Positions 1 through 7,426 of a DNA stretch of 33,347 bases are shown here, one piece after another. The first letter of the stretch is position 1. Each line of letters begins with the position of its first letter. Location: positions 1 through 33,347 of the IMG/VR virus record IMGVR_UViG_3300047557_002468; one strand, written 5' to 3'. This DNA is from a virus. Taxonomy: Duplodnaviria > Caudoviricetes. The notes below the pieces were generated by a model. That model was not told the DNA's origin and did not search any database. It saw only the letters and a list, made by a program, of their open reading frames with translations. The translations under genes were made by a program, and so were the position numbers.

Positions 1-1492
1 CGTCTGTACCGGATGTTCCAGAAGTTCCTGATGTTCCTGATGAACCGTCTGTACCAGATGTTCCTGAGGTTCCATCGGAGCCGGATGTTCCTGATGTACC
101 CGATGAGCCGTCTGTACCAGATGTTCCAGAAGTTCCTGATGAACCGTCTGTACCGGATGTTCCAGAAGTTCCTGATGAACCGTCTGTACCGGATGTTCCA
201 GAAGTTCCTGATGTTCCTGATGAACCGTCTGTACCAGATGTTCCTGAGGTTCCATCGGAGCCGGATGTTCCTGATGTACCCGATGAGCCGTCTGTACCAG
301 ATGTTCCTGAGGTTCCAGATGAACCGTCTGTACCAGATGTTCCAGAAGTTCCTGATGTACCAGATGATCCGTCTGTACCAGATGTTCCAGAAGTTCCTGA
401 TGAGCCGTCTGTACCAGATGTTCCTGAAGTTCCATCGGAGCCGGATGTACCCGATGAACCGTCTGTGCCAGATGTACCTGATGTTCCTGATGATCCGTCT
501 GTACCAGATGTTCCAGAAGTTCCTGATGTACCAGATGATCCGTCTGTACCAGATGTTCCAGAAGTTCCTGATGATCCGTCTGTACCAGATGTTCCTGAAG
601 TTCCATCGGAGCCGGATGTACCCGATGAACCGTCTGTGCCAGATGTACCTGATGTTCCTGATGATCCGTCTGTACCAGATGTTCCAGAAGTTCCTGATGA
701 GCCGTCTGTACCAGATGTTCCAGAAGTTCCTGATGAGCCGTCTGTACCAGATGTTCCTGAAGTTCCATCGGAGCCGGATGTTCCTGATGTTCCTGATGAT
801 CCGTCTGTACCAGATGTTCCTGATGTTCCAGATGAACCATCTGTACCAGATGTACCAGATGTACCCGATGAGCCGTCTGTACCAGATGTACCTGAAGTTC
901 CAGATGAGCCGTCTGTACCAGATGTTCCTGATGTTCCTGATGATCCGTCTGTACCAGATGTTCCTGAAGTTCCAGATGAGCCGTCCGTACCAGATGTTCC
1001 AGAAGTTCCTGATGTACCAGATGAGCCGTCTGTACCAGATGTTCCTGAAGTTCCTGATGAGCCGCCTGTTCCTGATGTACCAGATGAGCCGTCTGTGCCA
1101 GATGTTCCTGAAGTTCCTGAAGTTCCTGATGATCCGCCTGTTCCTGAAGTTCCTGATGAGCCGCCTGTTCCTGAAGTTCCTGATGAGCCGCCTGTTCCTG
1201 AAGTTCCTGATGAGCCGCCTGTTCCTGAAGTTCCTGATGTTCCTGATGTTCCGTCCGATCCAGATGATCCAGAACCACCTGATCCAGCTGCAAGTGGAAT
1301 CCACTCTATTCCATCGGATTGATATATTGTATCATTTAATGTGTTATAGTAAAGGCCACCAAGAATTGGATCAGGATCGGCAGTATGTCTTGGGATTTGT
1401 ATAGAATTATCTATTATCGCGCCATTAGAAGCGGTTACGCTATTAAGATGAGCGTCACTTCCACTAACTATAATTTTGTACCATTGAGACAA
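1..1492 (-). CDS. Gly-X-Y (collagen-like) Ser/Thr-rich repeat protein, probable virion fibre; 3' end runs off the window
   Basis: Not in the ORF track because its stop lies outside the window. TTG start at 1492 with GGAG at 1500-1503. Translates MSQWYKIIVSGSDAHLNSVTASNGAIIDNSIQIPRHTADPDPILGGLYYNTLNDTIYQSDGIEWIPLAAGS, then GTS/GTD/GSS/GSD/GTG triplets in frame to the window edge. Same strand as all neighbours. Confidence 0.9.
   Translation of the reverse strand, partial: MSQWYKIIVSGSDAHLNSVTASNGAIIDNSIQIPRHTADPDPILGGLYYNTLNDTIYQSDGIEWIPLAAGSGGSGSSGSDGTSGTSGTSGTGGSSGTSGTGGSSGTSGTGGSSGTSGTGGSSGTSGTSGTSGTDGSSGTSGTGGSSGTSGTSGTDGSSGTSGTSGTSGTDGSSGTSGTSGTDGSSGTSGTSGTDGSSGTSGTSGTDGSSGTSGTSGTDGSSGTSGTSGTDGSSGTSGTSGSDGTSGTSGTDGSSGTSGTSGTDGSSGTSGTSGTDGSSGTSGTSGTDGSSGTSGSDGTSGTSGTDGSSGTSGTSGTDGSSGTSGTSGTSGTDGSSGTSGTSGTDGSSGTSGSDGTSGTSGTDGSSGTSGTSGTDGSSGTSGTSGTSGTDGSSGTSGTSGTDGSSGTSGTSGSDGTSGTSGTDGSSGTSGTSGTSGTDGSSGTSGTSGTDGSSGTSGTSGTDGSSGTSGTSGSDGTSGTSGTDGSSGTSGTSGTSGTD
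2..1279 (-). repeat. Coding 9-bp-period tandem repeat (about 142 Gly-X-Y triplets) with higher-order duplications
   Basis: The Gly register at 1279 and at 10 differs by exactly 141x9 nt. Positions 1-127 are identical to 181-307. The 27-bp unit ccgcctgttcctgaagttcctgatgag is repeated about 3.9 times at 1134-1239. Confidence 0.95.
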
Positions 1493-1493
1493 A

Positions 1494-1541
1494 TTAGAAC
1501 TCCAGATATTTGTAGTTTAACAAATATAAATATCGTTCTAA
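1494..1541 (-). promoter_or_regulatory. TATTTATA late-promoter-like motif within a hairpin overlapping the RBS of the repeat-protein gene
   Basis: Motif at 1525-1532. Inverted repeats ttagaac (1494-1500)/gttctaa (1535-1541) and gatattt (1505-1511)/aaatatc (1528-1534) bracket the GGAG at 1500-1503. Confidence 0.6.
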
Positions 1542-1554
1542 CAAATTTACACTA

Positions 1555-4257
1555 CTATTTTTTCTTAAAAATTTTTTCTAAGCCGGGTTTAACCATATTA
1601 AATGTTATTGATTTACTACACTCAAACTGTCTTTTCGTTCCTTTATGTTCTGGACACCAATTCCAATCCCCTTTGTCAAACATATGTTTAGCCCAACACC
1701 CATTACATACATCTTTGTTTATTATACGTACCACGTCATTTTTCATTTCAAGGTCTTCGTCAGTAAAACCACTAATCAGTACCGTTGGAACATTTAATCC
1801 CCAAGCATACCAAGAAAGTCCACTCGATACGCCAACAAATCCATCACTTCCTAATAAGTAAGAAGCAATTTCTTCAAGTGTTTTGTTTTGTATATGCACT
1901 ACTCCATTTGGATAAGTATTACCCATATACCCATCTTCTTCTTTTGACAATACATATACATCATACCCTTCAGATTTAGCGAAGTCTACTAACTCTTGCC
2001 ATCCTGTTGGATTATTCCAATACTTTGCCTGTGCAGTTGAATGTACTCCTAAACAAATATAAGGTTTTTCTGATTTATATGGTTTTATATTTTTTATTTT
2101 TGGTTTTATTTCAACATAATCTAATCCTAATATATCCGTTGCAACTTTTTGTAATGGTACTTTATTTGCAGGAATTGGGTTTTTACTCAAATTAAAATTA
2201 TTATTATCAACAAATAATCCCAATCTATAATGAGCATAAATATCGTTTACCAATGATCCAGGTAAAACAAATTCAATTTCTGAGTATTCAGACTTAAACA
2301 ATTCTAAATGTGGTGTGGAAACACAGACTTTACAATTATGTTTTTTTCTAAACTCATCTGCATATGGAATCCAAGCAATAGTATCACCAAGAGAGAATGA
2401 TTCAAATGATATTAAAACTTTATTTCCTTCTAAATTAAAATCAAATTCTTGGATTTCACCCGTATCATCCTTTACTCTTATTAACCAATCAACATAAAAT
2501 TTTGCATTTGGTTTTGACCATGTATTATTTTTTATAGTGGTTCTATACAAACTGGTGTTTGTTCTTTTGTCAAAAAATTCAACTTCATATTTTTTTGAAA
2601 TGTCACCAACAACTTCTATAAATGCACCATCTACAAAATTAAAATTTATAGCGTTCTTTTTAAGATTATTGGAAACTATTTCACTTTCCAATATATTTTT
2701 ATCTCTCGTAACTATTCTGTGAATATTTCTAAAGGTATCAACATTTTCTATTAAAAACTCATTGAATACCTCTTTGCCCAAATAATTTATTTTAAGTGTC
2801 TTTCCAATTTCATATTTTCCCACTTTAATGAATTTATATTCTCTGGGGTTTAGTGTATCAAAAAACGATGAATCGTTGTATTTTATTTCTAACAAATACT
2901 CGTCATTTGGTTTATATCCATGAAATCCATGAATTAAACACAAATATAGATTATCAAATTCATCAACAGCTGGATATATTTGAAATGCAGATCCTTCTCT
3001 TTGAATACCATCGCGATTCCATACTGCTTGAGTATTTAGTTCATTTTCATTTGCAATATATGGTGAAACATAAACAGAATTTGTATGTTTTTTCAAACAA
3101 GAAAGAAATATTCTTTCAAGTTGAAATCCACCTGGTCTGTTGTGAAAATACTCCCATTTTGAATTTATTTCATTCATCATTTTTAAAAGTATTTCAGTTT
3201 TTATTGAAAAAATATATGTTGCCATGTATTCCGTTAAATTCATATTTGATGATGAATTTTCATGGTATTCATATATTACGGAATCATACATTTTTGATTT
3301 TTCAAGAAAAGACTGTCTATATTGAAATGTATCTATTATATTATCATATTCCAAATAATGAATTGTTTTTTTACCCAAATTATCACATATCTTAAATACT
3401 TTTTGCATCAAAACCCATATGGCATAGTCGTGATGAAATTTTGTTTTTGATTCCAGTTTATACTGCCCATTATCTGCCCACATACCAGATGATATTGAAT
3501 ACATTGGGTATTCATCTACCATAAGAAGTGGATTGTCTTTATCAAAGAAATAAAAATCTACCAACTTTTGTATTTCAGGTTTTACTGGATAATGTGATGC
3601 CAATAAAATAGGAATGCCTTCAAACTCTTTTAATCTATGAATACACTCAATTAAATCATTTTCTTTTTCTTCTGTATCTGGCCAGCAGCCAACAACAAAA
3701 ATATCATCCTTGTAATCGTTTGAATTTATTATTGAAACTTTTGGCGATAAATCGTATTTTTTTGTATTTTTTATACCACCCTTTATACCGAAGAAATATA
3801 AATCACCAAAACTATCTTCGTATTCAAAAATTCCATCTGGAAAATTGTTTTTAAAATTGTTTATGGATTCTAAAATATCTTTTGTGAATTTATTTTTTGG
3901 ATTGTCATTAACTCTTTTGTCTGAAGCACAAGTTAGTAAAAATGCACCACCAGGACGTATCACATCAATTATTTTTGATATTGTTTCTTGGTAGTTATCA
4001 TCTTCCTGTAATGATTCGGTTGATATTACTATATCAAAATAGTTTTTTGGACATTCATATTCCAAAAATTCCGTAACAATAGATACATTTTCACCTTCTT
4101 GTCTGTCAATACCGATATATTTGCTATTATTAAACAAATATCTATTGTTACCGTTTATGTCAAGTGATCCAATATCTAAAACTTTCGTATTTACAAAATA
4201 TTCTGAAAACATATTTTTTATCTTTTCACAAAACATTTGTTGATTTCTATGTGCCAT
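1555..4257 (-). CDS. Multidomain protein: class I SAM methyltransferase + GT-A-like domain + Aah/TibC-family (autotransporter O-heptosyltransferase-like) GT-B glycosyltransferase
   Basis: N-terminal KVLDIGSLDING (SAM motif I). Central IHYLEYD DxD-like motif (weaker call). C-terminal ISFESFSLGDTIAWIPY, YICLGVHSTAQAKYWNNPTGW, FVGVSSGLSWYAW and CNGCW...WCPEHKGTKRQFEC match the TibC/Aah GT-B domain and its four-Cys iron finger. Confidence 0.85.
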   Translation of the reverse strand: MAHRNQQMFCEKIKNMFSEYFVNTKVLDIGSLDINGNNRYLFNNSKYIGIDRQEGENVSIVTEFLEYECPKNYFDIVISTESLQEDDNYQETISKIIDVIRPGGAFLLTCASDKRVNDNPKNKFTKDILESINNFKNNFPDGIFEYEDSFGDLYFFGIKGGIKNTKKYDLSPKVSIINSNDYKDDIFVVGCWPDTEEKENDLIECIHRLKEFEGIPILLASHYPVKPEIQKLVDFYFFDKDNPLLMVDEYPMYSISSGMWADNGQYKLESKTKFHHDYAIWVLMQKVFKICDNLGKKTIHYLEYDNIIDTFQYRQSFLEKSKMYDSVIYEYHENSSSNMNLTEYMATYIFSIKTEILLKMMNEINSKWEYFHNRPGGFQLERIFLSCLKKHTNSVYVSPYIANENELNTQAVWNRDGIQREGSAFQIYPAVDEFDNLYLCLIHGFHGYKPNDEYLLEIKYNDSSFFDTLNPREYKFIKVGKYEIGKTLKINYLGKEVFNEFLIENVDTFRNIHRIVTRDKNILESEIVSNNLKKNAINFNFVDGAFIEVVGDISKKYEVEFFDKRTNTSLYRTTIKNNTWSKPNAKFYVDWLIRVKDDTGEIQEFDFNLEGNKVLISFESFSLGDTIAWIPYADEFRKKHNCKVCVSTPHLELFKSEYSEIEFVLPGSLVNDIYAHYRLGLFVDNNNFNLSKNPIPANKVPLQKVATDILGLDYVEIKPKIKNIKPYKSEKPYICLGVHSTAQAKYWNNPTGWQELVDFAKSEGYDVYVLSKEEDGYMGNTYPNGVVHIQNKTLEEIASYLLGSDGFVGVSSGLSWYAWGLNVPTVLISGFTDEDLEMKNDVVRIINKDVCNGCWAKHMFDKGDWNWCPEHKGTKRQFECSKSITFNMVKPGLEKIFKKK

Positions 4258-4273
4258 TTAAAAAACCTTTTTA

Positions 4274-7051
4274 TTATTTCCAAAAATATATTAGTTGTAA
4301 TGCATTATCAGTTCCACAGAACAATACATATGAATTAAATCCCAAGTTTGTTAGTCTATCAATGAAATCTTGTCTTAGTTTTTCATCAAATTTTAGATGT
4401 TCATGGTGATATTCCACTGCAATGTTTCGTATGTTTTTCAAATTTTCATCAGATATTCCATTTAATGCCATTATTTCTGATCCTTCAATATCTACTTTTA
4501 AGAAATCTATTTTAGGTATGAGTCCGGTTTCAATGATATAATCTAATGTGTAGATGTTTACATCATACTGATTGTGAAGTGGATTCGGTTCACACCAAAG
4601 ATTTGAACCACCTAAATGTTCACTTTCAGTTAATGTTAATTTTCCCAATTTGTCACCAATAGCTGCATTGAAAAGTATAGTATTTTTAGGTGCATTTTGT
4701 TTTAGTATTTTGAAATATCGTTTATCTGGTTCAAATGTTATTATTTTTGATGCACCCATGTGATAAGCATATCGTGTAAACATACCGATGTTTCCACCCA
4801 AATCAACAACAATATCTCCTTCTTGTATTTTTATTCCATCTATTTTGGCGTAATCTTTTAAATTGTATATTTCGTGAAATATTGCACTATCCCATCCGTA
4901 TTTCGATGCAATTTCAAGTGTACCACCATGAACGCCTACCAATGGTGTAAAATCTTTTATAGTATTTTCTTCAACAAAAAAGTATAATGTATCGTGGAAT
5001 AAATTATGTTTTTTTGCATATACATAATCCATCATAATTTTGGCAAAATTCAAATTTTTATTACCATGAAAATAAAGTATATTTGATTTGTTCTTTGGAA
5101 CTTTTTGCCAACCATATATTTGTCCAAAATTTTTAGCCGTATCTGATTTCCAATATGTCAAAAAATGTTTCATAGCATTTGGTTCATCTGAAACATCAAA
5201 GTTTGATATTGGTAGAAAATTATCAAAACCGTGTATTGATCTTAACAAATTATCTATACCTTCGTCATTCCATTGAAAAAGTTCCATATAATTTTCCAAT
5301 GGAGTTTCTTTGTATATTTTTATTATTTCATCAAACCACCATTTACAATCTTTGTTGTAAACATACATACATACATGAGCAATTTTACTCATCATTCCAA
5401 CGCCAAATTTTCTATTTGCATTTTCATTAAATAATTGTTGTTTTTGATTGCCGTTTGAATCTCTGTAATACCCTATGAAATTTGCCTGAACGTGTGTGTC
5501 TGGTATAGGGTAATTTTCTATTTGTTCAAAATATTTTTTTATATCATCTATATTGTAATTTACAATAACATCACCATCCATCCAAACAAAATTTTCAAAA
5601 TTTTCATTTAATGATTCTATACAAGCATATTGTTTCCAATACCACCTATCATGTATGGAATATTGAGGAATTTCTAATCGTCTTGATATTACATTTGGAT
5701 AATCAAATGGTACGTCACAGTCTATACCATATACTATAACCTTTCTATTTGAAAATTCTAATAGAGACAAAACAAATTTTTCTATTAGAGGCATATAATT
5801 TTCATTACCGCAAGTAACAAATGCAAAATCATCAATAAATTCTTTTAAATTATTTTCTTTTATATCATCTTCTTTTTTTTCATAAAGTTCGTGAATATAT
5901 TTTTTTGCAATCATTGCAGCATTTTCCCAAGAAAATTCTTTACGAATTTTTTCAGAATCTAATAACGCATTGACTTTATAGGAATCATAATTTTTGTATA
6001 CATCCCTCATTATCAATTTTAAATGGTCAAAATTTGGCTCACAAAAGTTTCCAGGAGCATCTTTAATCCATGATTCTTCATTATCAACAGATGCTGGAAC
6101 CTCCCCTTTTATTTGTATCGGTATTCCTTTATCTTTTGCAAACTCTAATTGTGCACCCCAATTTGAATAAGTGGATGGAATGCCACACGCCATGGCCTCA
6201 ATCAATGGCAAATTCCAGCCTTCACTCCTAGCACATGACAAAAAACAGTTTACAGATTTCAACAATTCAACATAGTCATTTTTACTCATGTGATGAATTA
6301 TTTTTATATTCTTATGTTTAATTCCAAATTTTTCGAGTCTCTGTTCGGTTGAAGTCAAACCATCCGTTGCGAATGGATTATCTACACTTATTATTAACTG
6401 AACATTTTCTTCCTCTGAAAAAGTTTCTGTGAAAGATTTTATTATTTCTTTTATCGATTTTCTATAATCCCATCTTCCAACTAAAAGAAATGTAAATTTT
6501 TCATTATTAACTTCTTTATCCAATGGTTTAAATAAATTACCGTCTACTCCTTCAGGAACTACTTTTACTTTTTCTTCTGAAATCCCTTGTTCTACTGTAC
6601 ACCTTTTTTGCCAATTGGATGGAACCCAAACTTGATCGAATTTTTTAAGATTTTCAAAAAATCCTTCGGGTTGTCTTGTTGTTTCCCATACATTATATGC
6701 TATTTTTTTACCAGAATAATCTTCATAAAAATACCGATGTGTATTATCATTCAATACGATATGGACATCCGGATTACCATTATTTTCATATTTTGTATAC
6801 AATGGAAATTCTTCATCACCGTTAGGTGTCCCAAGTGTCTGTTCTACCAAAATTTTTTTTAACTGATCATCAATATATGATTCATTATTATGTGGTTCGT
6901 CATTCATGTAACCAACCCAAGATGAACCAACTGTCCAATTTCTAACTTGAACTTGAAATATCTTATTCAATTCTTTGAAAAAATTTCTGGAGTGAGTATT
7001 GTATCCAGTTTCCCCAATGATAGATGTGTGTGCTTTCACTACTATTGACAT
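4274..7051 (-). CDS. Multidomain protein: GT4 glycosyltransferase + GT-A (DxD) glycosyltransferase + FkbM-family methyltransferase
   Basis: GT4 motifs VGRWDYRK and ARSEGWNLPLIEAMACGIP (E-x7-E). Central FVWMDGDVIV, QWNDEG and LYFHGNK. FkbM motifs IVVDLGGNIGMFT, IITFEPD and IDFLKVDIEGSE. The ATG at 7051 is preferred over the TTG at 7057. Confidence 0.88.
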   Translation of the reverse strand: MSIVVKAHTSIIGETGYNTHSRNFFKELNKIFQVQVRNWTVGSSWVGYMNDEPHNNESYIDDQLKKILVEQTLGTPNGDEEFPLYTKYENNGNPDVHIVLNDNTHRYFYEDYSGKKIAYNVWETTRQPEGFFENLKKFDQVWVPSNWQKRCTVEQGISEEKVKVVPEGVDGNLFKPLDKEVNNEKFTFLLVGRWDYRKSIKEIIKSFTETFSEEENVQLIISVDNPFATDGLTSTEQRLEKFGIKHKNIKIIHHMSKNDYVELLKSVNCFLSCARSEGWNLPLIEAMACGIPSTYSNWGAQLEFAKDKGIPIQIKGEVPASVDNEESWIKDAPGNFCEPNFDHLKLIMRDVYKNYDSYKVNALLDSEKIRKEFSWENAAMIAKKYIHELYEKKEDDIKENNLKEFIDDFAFVTCGNENYMPLIEKFVLSLLEFSNRKVIVYGIDCDVPFDYPNVISRRLEIPQYSIHDRWYWKQYACIESLNENFENFVWMDGDVIVNYNIDDIKKYFEQIENYPIPDTHVQANFIGYYRDSNGNQKQQLFNENANRKFGVGMMSKIAHVCMYVYNKDCKWWFDEIIKIYKETPLENYMELFQWNDEGIDNLLRSIHGFDNFLPISNFDVSDEPNAMKHFLTYWKSDTAKNFGQIYGWQKVPKNKSNILYFHGNKNLNFAKIMMDYVYAKKHNLFHDTLYFFVEENTIKDFTPLVGVHGGTLEIASKYGWDSAIFHEIYNLKDYAKIDGIKIQEGDIVVDLGGNIGMFTRYAYHMGASKIITFEPDKRYFKILKQNAPKNTILFNAAIGDKLGKLTLTESEHLGGSNLWCEPNPLHNQYDVNIYTLDYIIETGLIPKIDFLKVDIEGSEIMALNGISDENLKNIRNIAVEYHHEHLKFDEKLRQDFIDRLTNLGFNSYVLFCGTDNALQLIYFWK

Positions 7052-7085
7052 AAACAAAACCTTTATTTTATTATTTTATATTGTA

Positions 7086-7385
7086 TTACAGATAAATCCA
7101 AGCATTACTACCGGAGGTCATAACGCTTCCTATTTGAGGCAAATTAGTTTCTTTTGTTCCCGATGGAATAACTAGACTTCCTGTGAATGTGTTAATACCA
7201 TTGAATGATCCAGTTCCATCGGTTTCGAGATTAAAAGTTTCAAGAGTTCCAGATATTGCTAAATTAGTTACTAAAGATCCAGTCCCATCTAAAAGAGTTT
7301 TATCATCAACCGGATCAGTTTGCATCAGACGATAAAATGATTCTGATATATGTAAATTACTAAGATCTCTTTGTGTACTTGACAT
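7086..7385 (-). CDS. Small probable virion/fibre protein, [ST]GS-rich
   Basis: 99 aa; GGAG 6 nt before ATG; preceded by TATTTATA; four TGS/SGS motifs. Function is inferred from composition and context only. Confidence 0.6.
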   Translation of the reverse strand: MSSTQRDLSNLHISESFYRLMQTDPVDDKTLLDGTGSLVTNLAISGTLETFNLETDGTGSFNGINTFTGSLVIPSGTKETNLPQIGSVMTSGSNAWIYL

Positions 7386-7391
7386 TTAATT

Positions 7392-7417
7392 CTCCATATT
7401 TACATATAAATATAGAG
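7392..7417 (-). promoter_or_regulatory. TATTTATA late-promoter-like motif in the 5' arm and loop of an 11-bp hairpin that sequesters the SD
   Basis: mRNA reads CUCUAUAUUUA-UAUG-UAAAUAUGGAG: 11 pairs including one G-U. GGAG (7392-7395) is fully paired. Motif at 7405-7412. Confidence 0.7.
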
Positions 7418-7426
7418 TAAAAAATT

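Noticed and set aside
1-1279. CRISPR array, or horizontally acquired high-GC island
   Set aside because: There are no unique spacers and variation is at codon level. The higher GC is explained by Gly/Thr/Ser/Asp codons.
13-1404. Plus-strand ORFs 13..1404 (MFQKFL repeats) and 465..1322 (PDVPEV repeats)
   Set aside because: Antisense shadows of the 9-bp repeat. The minus frame has an SD, a sensible N-terminal domain and matches the strand of all other genes.
1521-1546. Second Bacteroidota-type promoter (TATATTTG) before the fibre gene
   Set aside because: The nearest upstream TTTG is only 13 nt away, outside the usual spacing, and the site overlaps the TATTTATA motif.
1552-1557. Tandem TAG TAG as a sign of stop-codon recoding or read-through into the fibre gene
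   Set aside because: Genes are intact and densely packed under the standard code, and read-through would be out of frame with the start at 1492.
1555-7051. DNA hypermodification or restriction-modification role for the GT/methyltransferase genes
   Set aside because: No DNA methyltransferase catalytic motifs (DPPY/NPPY/PC) or base-hydroxymethylase gene seen. Families and neighbours point to protein/glycan substrates, though this is not formally excluded.
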